Part shown: positions 14,241 to 28,482 of the stretch, one piece after another
Layout of the letters: every line of letters begins with the position of its first letter
How positions within the stretch are numbered: the stretch's first letter is position 1
DNA from: the human T2T-CHM13v2.0 reference genome, Homo sapiens
DNA: 64,000 nucleotides
Assembly (NCBI RefSeq): GCF_009914755.1
Contig: NC_060926.1
Reading direction: 5' to 3' (one strand)
Notes under the pieces: model-generated
Seen by the model: the letters and a program-made list of their open reading frames with translations, nothing else
Told to the model about the DNA's origin: nothing
The model's database searches: none
Translations under genes and position numbers: made by a program

Positions 14241-15054
14241 AGCAAGTTTATAGAGATAAAACCACAAGGTTCGTTGAATTTCAATAATAGTCTGTTACAC
14301 TAAGACAATTACAAACGGACAGCAGTTCTCCTTACCATTCTTTGAGGGTTCTATTTACTACAGAGAATTACAATGTAACTAATAAATAGAAAATCTGTCT
14401 AATGACATCTAGGATTGTCATTTCCCATTCGGTTAGGGAAAGAAAGGAAAAATGCCTTCTTGGTACTTGTCTTCTACATATATATTGAAATTTTATTTAA
14501 ACTTACAATATCATCTACTTACACCTCCCTGATTCCCTTGTTTGTGCTACTTTGAGATTCTCAAAATGTTTGCCTGACTATTCTGAGTCTTCTCCCAAGG
14601 ACTATTTTGGAAAGGACTTTCTAAAGTTATCAGGAACTTATATGAAGTTCTTTAAAGATCATTGAAAATCAATTGCTTTGAAATCAACTATGTATTTTGG
14701 CTTATTCTAAAAACTATAAAAGAAATTATAAAAATATAACCGTTGCACATGTCTATCAACATACTTATTGTCAAATTTTCTTGTTCCTCATTCAAATGTA
14801 TAACTTAATTTTATTTGGATGAACTTAAATAAATCTGATATGAAATTTAAATCATACAATTATTTTAGTATAATTTCAAGACTTATTAATCATAGAGAAA
14901 TATGAAAAATGATTAAAATACTTTAGTATGAGTTGTTCTTAAATATAGAAAACATCTTATCCTGAAATGTGAAGAAGGAAAGTTTAAGAAAATACCTAGA
15001 AGGAAATGGCACACCGTTATTGCAATCCAAGGAGCACTGATAGCTAGCAGTTAA

Positions 15055-15605
15055 CAGTATTTTTAGTTGTAAATACGGAAAGCCTAATCAGTGTAATTTC
15101 ACAATAAGAAAATTTTTACTGTCTTCAGTGACTTAAAAATACAGAGATAGCCTGGCTTTCAGTGATTCTGGACCCAATGGCTCCAGGTTTTTGAACAGGA
15201 CTTGATTTCTTTCTTTCCATTCATTTCCTCCTCTCTACAGGCCTCCAACCTCAGCCAGCTCCCCTCTTGACATCACATTGGCTGACAGCAGCTTTCAGCT
15301 CTAGGTGCTTTCTTGATTTACTTCAGCAAAGAAAAAATACAATGCTTTTGTCTCAATATTTTTAGTAAAATTCTGAAACCTAGTGTGATCGAACCAACTT
15401 AGGACCCATGCTCACTTCTAAAGCAGTAACTCAACCAGGGGGATGAAATGCACTGATTAATCTAGTCTTAAACAAGCCTCCATGCTTGATCTGAGGAAGG
15501 CGTGAACTTACCTAGAAGCACGTAAATATCTCATTGGAAATAAGGTTCCAGGTGATAGAAAAAAGGGAAATGCATGCTGAAACAGCAACCAACATTCACT
15601 CTACC
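15055..15605 (-). mobile_element. LTR33-like ERVL LTR relic
   Basis: ttttagttgtaaatacggaaagcc...ctggctttcagtgattctggaccc...ggctgacagcagct, matching recalled LTR33 layout. Confidence 0.55.
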
Positions 15606-15909
15606 TGGCCTGATAGCTAGCTTTCCCTGATGGGAAAGTAAACAAGTGAAATTTCATTTGGTGGTAGGTGTATTTTCATATTTGCATTAAAAATACCCTA
15701 AGGGGAAAAAGTAAGGACATTCTGGAGGTAAGATTTAAGATGACAGACAGAAAGAGAGCTGAAGAGTTCCTAAAATCTAAAATCAAACTTGGTTCAGAAA
15801 TATGGGAAGCACCCTTACTTATTTGAAAAATATTTTGGGATTGAAAAATAAATTTAATTATACAAATACTTTTACTTAAAAAATAAAATACTTCATATTG
15901 TGTGGGTGC

Positions 15910-16410
15910 TGTTATCCTTCTGAAACAAAGACACAATCCTGTTTTTCCTCTAATCAGAAACATTTCGTGATGACCCATTGCTTATAGGGTAAAATCTAAA
16001 CTCCTTAACAAGAGGGTTTCCACACAATCTATCTCTAATATTTCTATCTTTAATTTCTTCAGTTCATTCTGCCCTTCCCCACCTCACGTTCTTGCCTCTG
16101 TGAACTCTGCACTTTTCTCCTTCCCAGACCCGCCAACCATTTTCGTAAGTTCTTGCCTTTACTTATTTGTGTCTTTACCTGGGACACACCTCTCCTCTAT
16201 TTAGCCTCATACCTCACCCCATGCTTCTGATTCTATGAGGCAGGAGGCCCCTTTCTGCTTTTGTGCCATGGTTATCACACTTATCCCCTTCACAGTGTTA
16301 TTACTGGTTGCCTCTTATTTTACTGTAAACTAGTTGAAGGTTGTGAAAATGTTTTATTCAGGTTTGTGTAGTCAGAACCCAAGACACAATAGTCTTTCAG
16401 TAAATGTATA
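15910..16410 (+). mobile_element. L2 LINE relic
   Basis: cccattgcttatagggtaaaatctaaactcctt and pyrimidine-rich L2 3' region. Confidence 0.65.
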
Positions 16411-16527
16411 TAGTCAGTTAAATTTTAAGGCACTCAAGGATAACAGGAAACACTGCATTCAAGAAAGCATTTTTTTTTTAACATCAGGGATTATAAATTC
16501 AAATTACTGGTTTGACACAAATCATTG

Positions 16528-16549
16528 TAGATAGATAGATAGATAGATA
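16528..16549. repeat. (GATA)n microsatellite
   Basis: tagatagatagatagatagata. Confidence 0.9.
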
Positions 16550-17404
16550 ATTTGGTTAGTTTTTTTAAATGAAATATTGTTGTTTTCAAATTTTACTGTT
16601 ACATTAAATGTTTGTCCAAACAGGTCATATACTAGGAAGCTTCTTTGTTGAGGTAGAAGTTATAGGAGGAGTTATTTCTAGAATTAGCAGATTATTGAAT
16701 TTGTTAAACATCTAGTTGCTTATAGTCAGGCACAAGAGTTATATTATAAAAAAGAAATATGTGAATGATGCATGTGTAGTTTTATGGGAAATTGCCAGCG
16801 ATTTTGGGAAATACTATATATACAGTATTGGAGTTCAATGTAACATATAATCACAGTTTACTTGTCACTTGTCTACCTCTAGTCTTGGTAAGTAATACAA
16901 GATACAAGTAGAAAGAACCATAATGGGGTCAAACATTATTATTTGGGAGAAAGGGATTCAACTAATAACCGGGATATTCAATCTACCCACTGAGCCTCAG
17001 TGTCCCAGTTTATGAAATGAAAGCATTCCAAGAAAAGTCAATAAATTTTGTTCTCTGACATTTTGAAGCAACTTACTGAAACCTAAAACTTTGGGTAATT
17101 TGTTTTCCCTTCCAAAGATATCATCTCATGTCTTTAAAAATATTTTTCAGTGATATTGGCAGCATTCAATGTATTTCAGAACATTTTTATAATTTTTTAG
17201 AGAGTAGAACATAAAATTAACATATACTTAATAATGAAACAGAATCTTTATTTTGTGTGTGTGGTTTTTGTTTTGGAAACCAGTGAAAAATTACTCTTAA
17301 TTTAATAAATAAACTGTTTAATATGGTTTGGACACAAAACTAAGGTGAAAATACAATTAGTGAGTCTTTTTAAAAGATGATACATATTTAAAGACGGCAT
17401 ATCT

Positions 17405-17729
<325 letters not shown>

Positions 17730-17859
17730 TCAAGCATTTGATTCAAGCATTCATATCTAACATAGTGATTCAAGCATTTGAACATAATTTCAGCAAGTAT
17801 ATAGCCTTCAAAAATTTTACTGCTAAACGCAAGAAAGATATGGTTTGTTGAAAAATTAA

Positions 17860-18370
<511 letters not shown>

Positions 18371-18679
18371 AATAATAATCACATAATCAGATAATATGTC
18401 AAGTTGTTACAGTTTGTTAAAGATGTTAATTTGTTCATCTGTCCTTAAATATTCATAAGTGGTTTATTGAAGCCATATAGATCAAGAAATGAAAAAACTG
18501 AAGCTGTATAAAATTCAGTGGTGTGGTCATGCCTAAACAAAATAAAAATTTTGCCTTTCAATGAAAACTTGTTCTTCATTAATAGGGCTGTGCTTTGAGA
18601 ATTGGAAAAAGGACTAGCAGGGCCTAGCTTTTTCAGGAAGATAAAAAACTTAGCTTATGAGATATATTTAATTATATAT

Positions 18680-18900
18680 TGTTTCACGATTCTTCAAAAA
18701 CTGCCACATCTGTTGTTTCACATCACCCTCATAAGAATGTTGTGTAGTAATCAGAGTAGGCTTAAAATCTACTTTAACAATGGAAGAAATTGACACTTGG
18801 GGAGGATGTGACTTATTTAATGTTCAACGACTGGAATGAGGTGTAGCTAGATGGTCTTTGTCCTTTCATTGGGTTCTCTCCCATCAGTCCATCTTCACTG
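18680..18900 (-). mobile_element. MIR SINE relic
   Basis: ccctcataaga...ctttaacaatggaagaaattgacacttggggagg...gtgactt core. Confidence 0.6.
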
Positions 18901-19599
18901 AGAAGAGATACTCAGTAAATGTATCCTGCTTGACTGACATAAATATATATATTTAAGAAATTTTAAAATTACAGGATATCAAACTTAGTAAAAAATCTCT
19001 AAGCTGTTTTAGAACATAAATGTACTCTACATTACTCCTCTGGTTTAGTGTCTTCAGTTGGCTAGAGTTGAGTTGGCTATGGTCCAATCTTGAAATGTTA
19101 TTCTTCTTATGAGTGGCTGGGATAATCAGGCAATGAGGGCGAGCAACAGCACAATCTACTTATGGTACTTTGTGGTGCTTAGAGATAAGAGTCACTACAA
19201 GTCCCAAAGTATCATAAGCTTTGACTTCTGTAAATGCGAAAGGACCTTGCATAAGGCATTTCTAAGAGATTAAGTTGATTTTCTAAGTGAGAAATGGAAC
19301 CTCAGAAGCAATAAAATTATGGAACTATTGAGGTTGGTTCTTAATCCAAATCAATAATTTAATCCTCATATAGGTTTAAGAATCAATGTTTTATTTTATT
19401 TTTAATATAAAAATCAATCTTTTGAGATGAACATAACCTTTACATGAATATTTTTATCTCCTGAATTACTGTCAAATAAAGTATCTTTGTTATCTTTAAA
19501 AGAAGATGTGAATCCTAGGTGAATGGCAAAATGATACTAAAAATCCATGGCTTCCAGTTTACTCAAGACATGCAAATGGGAAATTGATTATAATGTATA

Positions 19600-19635
19600 A
19601 AAGTATCATGTAATTAAGTAATTACATGATACTTT
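19600..19635. repeat. Perfect inverted repeat, 17-bp arms, 2-nt spacer
   Basis: aaagtatcatgtaatta-ag-taattacatgatacttt. Confidence 0.95.
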
Positions 19636-19854
19636 GCGAGGGTGCCACAATTTTTCAGTCTATATTGATAGCAGTGAAAGAAAAAGAGACTTATGCATAC
19701 TATATAGAGAGAATAGCTAAAGAAAACAGTTTATCAGCACCATAGGAAAGGTTAAAAAAAAGAAAAGAAAAATGAAAGTCTAAAGTGGACATAAAGCATA
19801 TATGATATTACAAAGAATGGGCTATTGCAGTAAAGCTAAGATGAAAATGAGAAG

Positions 19855-20095
19855 TGTGATAAAAGGGTTAAGCATTGAGGTTATGGAATTTGGCTAAGGT
19901 TTGAATCCTGGTTTTATCACTTACATCTTGAGCAAATTAATCTCTCTGAATTTCATCTTCACCTAAAAATGAGGCAATAATTTTACTCTCTCATAGAGTT
20001 TTTTGAGAATTAAAAAGGATAATGTAAATAAAGTGTTGTGCATAGTTCTTGGCACATAGCAAATACTCAATGAAAATTATCTATCATATTATTAT
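19855..20095 (+). mobile_element. MIR SINE (MIRb-like), near full length
   Basis: ggtttgaatcctgg...cttgagcaaatta..tctctctgaatttc...aaaatgagg...ttcttggcacatag...ctcaatgaaa. Confidence 0.85.
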
Positions 20096-23000
20096 AATAT
20101 AATATATACTATTATTATCTTTTAGATTATCTGATTTTAATCTCAAATAGATTTTCAAAGATTTTGAACATGAAAACCAGAATAAAATAATATTCCCTAA
20201 ATATATAGTTTGAAATCAATATTGTGAATCCAACTGGTGCATGTCTGCAGTGCCCTTCCTTTCAAGTTAAAACAACAAAAACAATTATGATTTAGTAAGG
20301 GAACAAAATCTCCTTTCAGACAATCTTGCCAATTCAGTAAAACTCAAATAATGTAATTTTAATTTAGAAGGCCTTTTTCTATATTGCTTCTAAGGAAAAA
20401 TTCAATTCAGAAAGCTGATATTCAAATTTTACTCAAATTAATAATTAAAAAAATTTATTATTCTATTAAATTCAACATTTATTTACTGAAGGCCTACAAA
20501 ATGTCCATAATTTAAAGTAATCTTATTCATCAGACCTTATTAACCCCATAATACTTTTTTTTGCATAAAATCCAGATCCTGCACAAAAACCCACTATACA
20601 AGAATAGTATTCATTAGAAATAGCACAGATATGCCTATTAAGTGTTAAGCATCATTTGACTCCACTTTTGTTCCTCTAGAGTAGATATGAAAAGTTAGAG
20701 TTTAGTTACTTCAGGGAATAAGATCAGTACAGAAAATAAACACATCTTAGTTACTACCCTCAACCTGGCACACAGCTTGGCAACAAATGCTTTTCTAGAA
20801 GATAATAAAAAGAAAAAGTAGTCCAAATCACACCCACATAGCAAGGGTGAGACAGTCACCTTCCCTAGAGTCAATTGCTCATGCTCAGATTATATGAACC
20901 ACAGGATTGATTTCTATGCAGTCAAATGAAAAGCAAACTCTCTGTCACCCAGGATTTTCATTGTGACAGGGGACACTTTGCTCTGATTTTGAGGAAAAAG
21001 GGGATGCGAGCAGAGCATTTTCTTTTGTTGAATATATATACATATATATTATTAAAACAAAGGGAACTATAATGTCATCCAAGGCATTAAAAAGACCCTA
21101 ACATTTATTTTTCTTTGATATTCTGCCAGCCAGTTGTTTGAGCAATCTTTCTGAGAAGAAAGTTCTTTAGAAAACAACAAACTGCGATAGTTCTCTCAGT
21201 TAACCTAGAAGTTAACATAACTATGCCCACGGCCCATTTAACTTAACAGCTTGCCTGTCCTGGAATTGCAGATAGGGCTTGCAATAATCATGTTATGCCA
21301 CAGTGCTGTGGACCAATTCTTTATCAATTGTTTGGAAATAAGTCAATCCCAAACACTCAGCTCCTCAAATGAAATGACAAAATGTTAAAGAAGATGATTG
21401 TACTCCTGAATTGCAGAATCATAAAGGGAAACCTGATTAGGTCATCTGCTGTGACATGCAGAATGTTAATGAAGTTGGGGACTTAACATCTTGGTAAGGG
21501 TGAGAGGTGCTTTTCAGCATTAAACAAAGCAAAACTAAAGCTACCCGTGACTGAAAGCTTGCTTTGTAGTTTCACACCAGAGTCCCAATTTTACAGGCAA
21601 TAGGCAGGAAAGACCACAGCACTCTGTGTGATGTGAAAATATTACCTACCTAGATTTGGAGTGGACGTTATAAGCCAGTTTCTTTTTGTCTAAAATGTAA
21701 TAGAAAAGCTATACATCTAACAATAAAAAAGGAATTACATTTTGGTGAGGGAATAGTAAAGGTTTCCAGCACTTTCACAGGCCAACCAAATGTCGTCCTC
21801 TGCCATGTAAATGCAGTAAAAGGATATCTGCATTAAATTACAGGATTTATAGTCGGCAGAAAAATGAAACCACGTAAAGATCATTTTTGCATTAAAATTT
21901 GGTTTTCTCTGCTAGTATATATTTTAAAAATATAGGTGCTTTTTACTAATGAAGTACATCAAAGCACATTATGTTCTGCATTTTGTGAGAACTAGGCAAT
22001 TTATAAATGCGATTCACATTTAATTAGTAGTCATTTCTTCTCCATAAGCATATTTACTCGGATCTCTTGTTCCTACGGCAACCCAGTGAGTACTACAGCT
22101 ACGAGAATAGCCTAGACTAACCTAAAAAAGGACAGAGATTAATGAGCAAGCTCAATATTAAGACTATAATGCTCTAAGACCAAGCTCTAAGATTGGTGAC
22201 GGGAGGATTACAAAGAAAGCTCAAATAAGAATCTCTTATTTCAAGGAAGCTATTTATATAGCAGCACAGATTTTATTTATTCAAGAGTGCCTATAGTATA
22301 CAGTGAGTACAAGAGATGACTCATTTAGTGCTAAGTTCTGCTTAATTGGCTAACCACGCAGGTACGGTGTCACACATATACATGCATATATACATACATG
22401 TATATAATTATCCGCTTAACACACTTATCAAGGGACTATATAAACAACATTACAAGGAGTTGTGCTTATGGATGTTTCCCTTAAATACTGCACTTGTTTA
22501 AAAATAGACAGTCTTTAAAATTAGCTTTGATATAAGACGATGTCATTAAACATTTAGTGAAAAATCATCTTAAATCTGAATGTTTATGTTATTTTAAGCA
22601 TAATTCTCTGATCAGCTTCTTATTCCAGTTGCAATACTCAGCCATTATTAAAGGGTTGACTTGAAAATAAATAACAAAAGCAATATTAAAGGTAACAGAA
22701 CAAAAATAAATGGGCCACAAAAATCTTGCAGGTTCCCCTTAAAATTCTTCTTACAAGTGACATTTCTTAATTTAAAGATTTAGATGGGAGAGGTAGGTAT
22801 AAGGAATTGAGGCCTAAATATGTTTCTTTACAAAAAGTTATATAATTTTACAATTTCTTTTAGAGGCAAATTAGAAATAATTAAAAATCTTTTAAACTTT
22901 AGGGGGAAAAAATAACAACAACAACAAAAACCAAACTCCTGGAGTCAAGCTAATTTTGCTTTGCACATTGCAGACGGGTGACAATAATGACTGCATGCTA

Positions 23001-24379
23001 TTTGTCCTAAAATGTCTCATCTCAAAACAATATGTGGGAGAGATAATGAATATCAGGAAGGGCAAATTAGAAATTATATAATCCTTGTTATCGAATCTTG
23101 CTTAGTAAAAATGACAGGCTCTCTTTAGAGCTGGGTAGTCCATTCTCACTACAACAACATAGAGGCAACAGCATCGTTACGAAGCTTCTAAATTATCCTG
23201 CTTAGTGGCAAGAAGTAAAAATGATTCCTTCTGACCTTTCTACATTGCTTCGTTAACTCTAACTTGCAAGCCACAAGTATAAATGAGAAGCTTTTGCAGC
23301 TCCCTCTGATATAACTGATTAAAAGAAGTGGCTACTCAGTATCTGTTCAGGAGACTGGGGACCTCTCATGTGCTAAACCTGGTCAAATTCAGTGTGTGGT
23401 CTGAAATGCCTCCCATACATTCACTAATGCTCATTTTGGTTCAACCAGGGCATTTTAATTTGTTTCCTTTTTTGATTCTTGCAGATGTGAAACAGTTTGT
23501 ATACCTTCTGCTGAGTTTCAGACAATAGTAAAATTATTTTATGTGGCTTCATCAATTTAAAGAATGAAACTATTTTATAAGGATTAATCTGTGCAAATAC
23601 TGACGGTAAGCCAATTCTGTTGTCTCAAATCCAGCTGTATAATATAATATCAATCCCTTTTTAAAAATACAAAATAGCTCCTACCTATAATTTTTCTTTG
23701 TGAAAATGCGCCTTTACCAGCAACGATTGTCTATGCAGTGAATTAATTATACTCAACAATTAAATCACAAGGCATTTCTCTCTCAGATAATCTGTGAATT
23801 TGAGTTCAGAATTTCTATAGGTACTTTTGTTCCTGTATGGAGAGTATTTTAATACCAAAGAACACAGCAACTTAAATGCCATTGCCTGGGTTTTATGAAA
23901 AAGCAATATAGGAGGGTAAATAGGGCAGATACCAACAACAAAGAACCCCCCCGCCCCACTCCACCATCCACTTTGAATCAAACAATAAATGCAAATAGAA
24001 GAACTAAACCAGAGCAGAGAGGTAGGGGGATGAACACTGTGCTCTCAGCATTCCTTCCTGAAAATGCTCACCAGCCTGTTTTAGGCAAGAATATTCTGCT
24101 ACGTTTAAATATATATATATATATATATCATAATCGGCCATCAGTGAGTCCTCTTCACTCAGCTTCCCAGGTAGAATTAAAACGTAGTCCCAGAGGCACC
24201 AAGACATGAAAACTGAGCCCTCTCACCGCAGATAATCAACACAGAAGAGCAGCTAACTTCTTAAATAACCACAATTAAATTGCACACACTCTTCTCCCTT
24301 CCTGGTTTTCAAACGTAGGGTTATTTATCAGAGAAGAAAAACTGGAGGCTGCATCTTTAGAAGGCAGCCAGGCACTTCT

Positions 24380-24960
24380 AACCTAATTAGCGTTAGTCAC
24401 CTCTGAAAATAAATCCCCTGAATCCTGCAGCTCCAAAGTCACCCCCGCCCCCTCTACTCCTCCATACCCACAAGCACCTGGTCAGAATTGAGCAGCCCGA
24501 CAGGAACCTTCCTGCCCTGACCCCCAGCAAACAGCGGTAAGAGGGATTTGCCACGACCTTCCAGGAAATCAGGTAAAACAACAACACAGGGGGTGATGCA
24601 AGCGATTTGCTTTTTCTGTGTTCAAACTTCATGCCCACGCCACCACAAAATACAGCCCGGAAGCTGCTCCAGCCCGGAAGGCTCCCGGCTCAAACAGAAG
24701 GCACAGAAAAGAATGGAGATTTGCAGATCTGATAATGAGCCAGTTAATGACATAAATGATACCTCAAGAACCTCACTAAACCATCCAGGTCCTACAATTT
24801 AATCTGTAATAAATACTCCTGCATCATTGCGAGATGGCTGCTCATAATGGCAAATGAAATATGCTGGTATGATAGGTACAATAAATCTGGATTTTCCTAT
24901 GGTTCCCTCAGGCTAGAACAATATGTAACCACAGTGCGCACTGTCAGGATGAGCAGATCT
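24380..24960. promoter_or_regulatory. Candidate enhancer/promoter island
   Basis: Unique sequence with retained CpGs; GC box CCCCGCCCC 24443-24451; tandem cagcCCGGAAG ETS motifs 24653-24663 and 24670-24680; donor-like GCG|GTAAGA after 24536. Confidence 0.4.
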
Positions 24961-26598
24961 CAAAGCCATCATAAAATCTAAATGGGGACTAATTAGGAGG
25001 CCCTTCCCTTCCAGAGTTACTATTTCTATTGACATTTTCCATGCATGAGCCCCTCCATAACATCGTAAGTCACCAAGATAAGAACTCCCTAGATTATAGG
25101 GGAAAAGCTTTAATGGAGAAGTTGAACTCAAAGGCGATGCATAAATTTTCCTTTTGATACTATGGGAAGTCTGTGTTCAGTACTTTCTTTACAAACTTTC
25201 AAGTCATGAGCAGGGTACTTTTTAATCCCTCTGCACGCTTTCTTCCTGCCTGGCCCATACCAGTCTCTCTGCACCGGGCGTGTGAGTGTCAGGTGGTGAC
25301 CAGGGAGGATATTAAAAGAGTGGGCTGCTCGTAAAACTCATGGCTGTGGGTCAGGAGAGTGTCAGGGGGTGCACTTGGCAAGTTGGGTTCTGGGCCAAGG
25401 CCTTTTGCCTTGAAGGTTGAAACTTCCCTAAAGGTCACTGACAATTAGACTTTCCTAAGGCTATTGCAAACAGGAATGGGGCAGATTTCCCTAAGCCAGC
25501 CCTTTCTATGCTGCAAAACGAATTAAGTATTTTGATACTAGGGTCCCATAGGTCCTTGAGAAAAGGTGAGGGGGGTTATATAGACCAGCATATGTGTGTC
25601 TGTGTGTGTGACCTTTGAGTTTGGCTGTGGTGGGAATGAGACCTCCAGGGTCCCTGAAGTAGAAAGCTGGTGGAGAGAAAGCAGGACGTTAGCGTCTGAA
25701 AAACTTTCTGTTTTGTTGTCTACCAATGATATGACAAGTTGTTTAACTTTTCTGAGAAAGAAAGTGTTCATTTAAAAGGGGGAATAAAAATAACTAATTC
25801 CATAAAGATATTGTGCAGGTTAAAATATATATGTAGGTAATTTGAAAAATAGCCATCAATACTATTACTTTTGAAATTATTTTTTTCATTTCAAATAAAT
25901 AAAATTAGGAAAATGCCATGAAAAGGGGATGTGCCACCAAGTATTCTTACGTCTCAAAATTTGTTTTGTAAATAGGAAAATCAGATTGTTGGGAATGAGT
26001 TGTTTTATGAAACAATCATCTTATACTAAAGAGGCATCTTCCTGTTCCTAGTTTAATTACTCGCAAGCATTATCTTGCTTTTGTATTTGTTATAGTATGT
26101 TTGGTTACTGAATGGAAGGCTGAGTAATGAGTGCAGAGCAAAGGCAGTAACACTGAACTGCTCCTTAACAAGACAGCGCTTCGGGGCTCTGTTAGCAGTC
26201 TCCTAACAGCCAAGGCTTGGGGTTCTTACTGTCCTTAAACACTTTCTAATCCAGAGTGAGTATCAGTGACAACCAGGGCGACGTATATCTGTGCATAAAG
26301 GTGATTAACACAGAAATCTTCAATATAAGAGGTAAATTTGGCTATATTATCTATTGATTTAGCCGCTGGTAAAATACATTCCTGTCCTAGATCATAGTCT
26401 ACTCTATGCAGTAGATTAAAGGCTGTCTGGTAGATATTTGGTGAATGGTTTTACCTGCAAATACTTTGTTTAGTCTGAATTTAAGATTAAACTGATAGCA
26501 TCTTAGAAGATAAGTAACAGTTTTGTGTGTGCATCTGTTTATTTTAAATTTATATATAAATGTCTACTTTGTATTCTTGTCTTCCAGTGTGGCTAAGC

Positions 26599-26914
<316 letters not shown>

Positions 26915-27070
26915 TAAGTTTGTTTCTTATTATTTTGATCATTGTTATTACCAATCAGCCTTCTAGAAACTTTGCTGAACACATTTCACTTGTTTGTTTT
27001 GGTAACTATTGCAAAAAATGTAATTTCTATAATCTAATATTGAAAATTGTGAAAGTATCCTCATATTGTG

Positions 27071-27457
27071 TATATTAGTCTGTTCTCACATTGCTATAAA
27101 GAACTACCCGATACTAGGTAACTTATGAAGAAAAGAGATTTAATTGACTCACAGTTCCACAGGCTATATAGGAAGCATGGTTGGCGGTGGGGGGGCCTCA
27201 GGAAACTTACAATCATGGTAGAAGGAGAAGGGGAAGCAAACACATCTTTACGTGGCCAGCGGGAGAGAGAGGGAAGGGGGAAGTGCTATGCACTTTCAAA
27301 CAACCAGATCTTGTGAGAACTCACTCACTGTCACAAGAAGAGCAAGGGGGAAATCTGCCCTCATGATCCAATCACCTCCCACCAAGTCCCTCCTCCAACA
27401 TTGGGGATTACAATTCAACGTGAAATTTGGGTGGGGATGCAGAGCCAAACCATATCA
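27071..27457 (-). mobile_element. MaLR solo LTR (MSTA-like)
   Basis: tattagtctgttctcacattgctataaagaactac...ggcctcaggaaacttacaatcatgg...ccaaaccatatca; 5-bp TSD ttgtg/atgtg. Confidence 0.92.
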
Positions 27458-28050
27458 ATGTGCTATGTGTTATATTTTTATAGAAAATGAAATAATTACC
27501 TGTAAACATTATAAGGACATCAATAGAATAGGATAAAATATATTCCAAAGCCTATACAGCTTTCAAACTTTGTAGTTTTTATGAAGTTAAAACCATAAGT
27601 TAGATTTAAAGTAGTTTGGAGATACTAGTTAGGTTCCATTTGAGTTTGACTTATAATTTTCTTTCTAAAACCATTTTTCATAATTTGGTAGAATACCTTC
27701 TTCTTTCCCACCTCAACTATTGCAAAAAGAAAAAAAATTGTTATTACAAAAGAGGTAAAGGTAATTACGTTATAGGATTTGTTGTACCACTACTGTCCTA
27801 AATTAAAAGGTAAGAGAAAATACTGTTTAATACAAATAATTTTTCAAACTTGAGATGTATTTCCTGGGCTCTGAGCAAGCTGTTGGGGTTCAAGGCCATC
27901 CAACAGGTCAGAAGTGTTCTCTTAAAAACTGAGACTTGTAGAGAAAAAGGGAGGCTGAAGTCTTTGTGAACTAACATACCTTAGGTTTACAGCCCAGAGT
28001 CGAGAATTAAAAATTTAATTTTAGCCTCTCACACACTTGCCTTCATGGGA

Positions 28051-28413
28051 TGTCTTAGTTTGTTTTCTGTTACTATAACAATACCATAGATTGGGTAATT
28101 TAGAAAGCAGTTCTCACAGTTCTGGAGGCTGGGAAGTCCAAGAGCATGGTGCTGGCATCTAGTAAGGGACATCTTGTTGCATGATCCCATGGCGGACAAG
28201 TGAGTACATGCAAAAAAAGAGGCACCAGGAACTGAACTTGCTTTACAATAAACCACTCTTGTTATAACTAACCCACTCCTGATATAACAACATTAATCCA
28301 TCCATAAGGGCTCTGCCCTCATGACCCACCCAGTCATCTTCTCCCTACACTGTTGCACTGGGGATTAAGTTTCCAACACATAAATTTTGGAAGGACACAT
28401 TCAAACCATAGCA
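28051..28413 (-). mobile_element. MaLR solo LTR (MSTC-like)
   Basis: tgtcttagtttg...ctcacagttctggaggctgggaagtccaag...cattcaaaccatagca; TSD tggga/tgggg. Confidence 0.9.
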
Positions 28414-28482
28414 TGGGGCTTCTGAAATACTGATCAGCTTAGCTCTCATTGGCTCAGAGTTGATTCTAAGGTGTTTAGTAGT

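Noticed and set aside
23895-24802. 104-aa and 84-aa ORFs in the unique island
   Set aside because: One reads through a (TA)n microsatellite; no homology or coding signature recognisable
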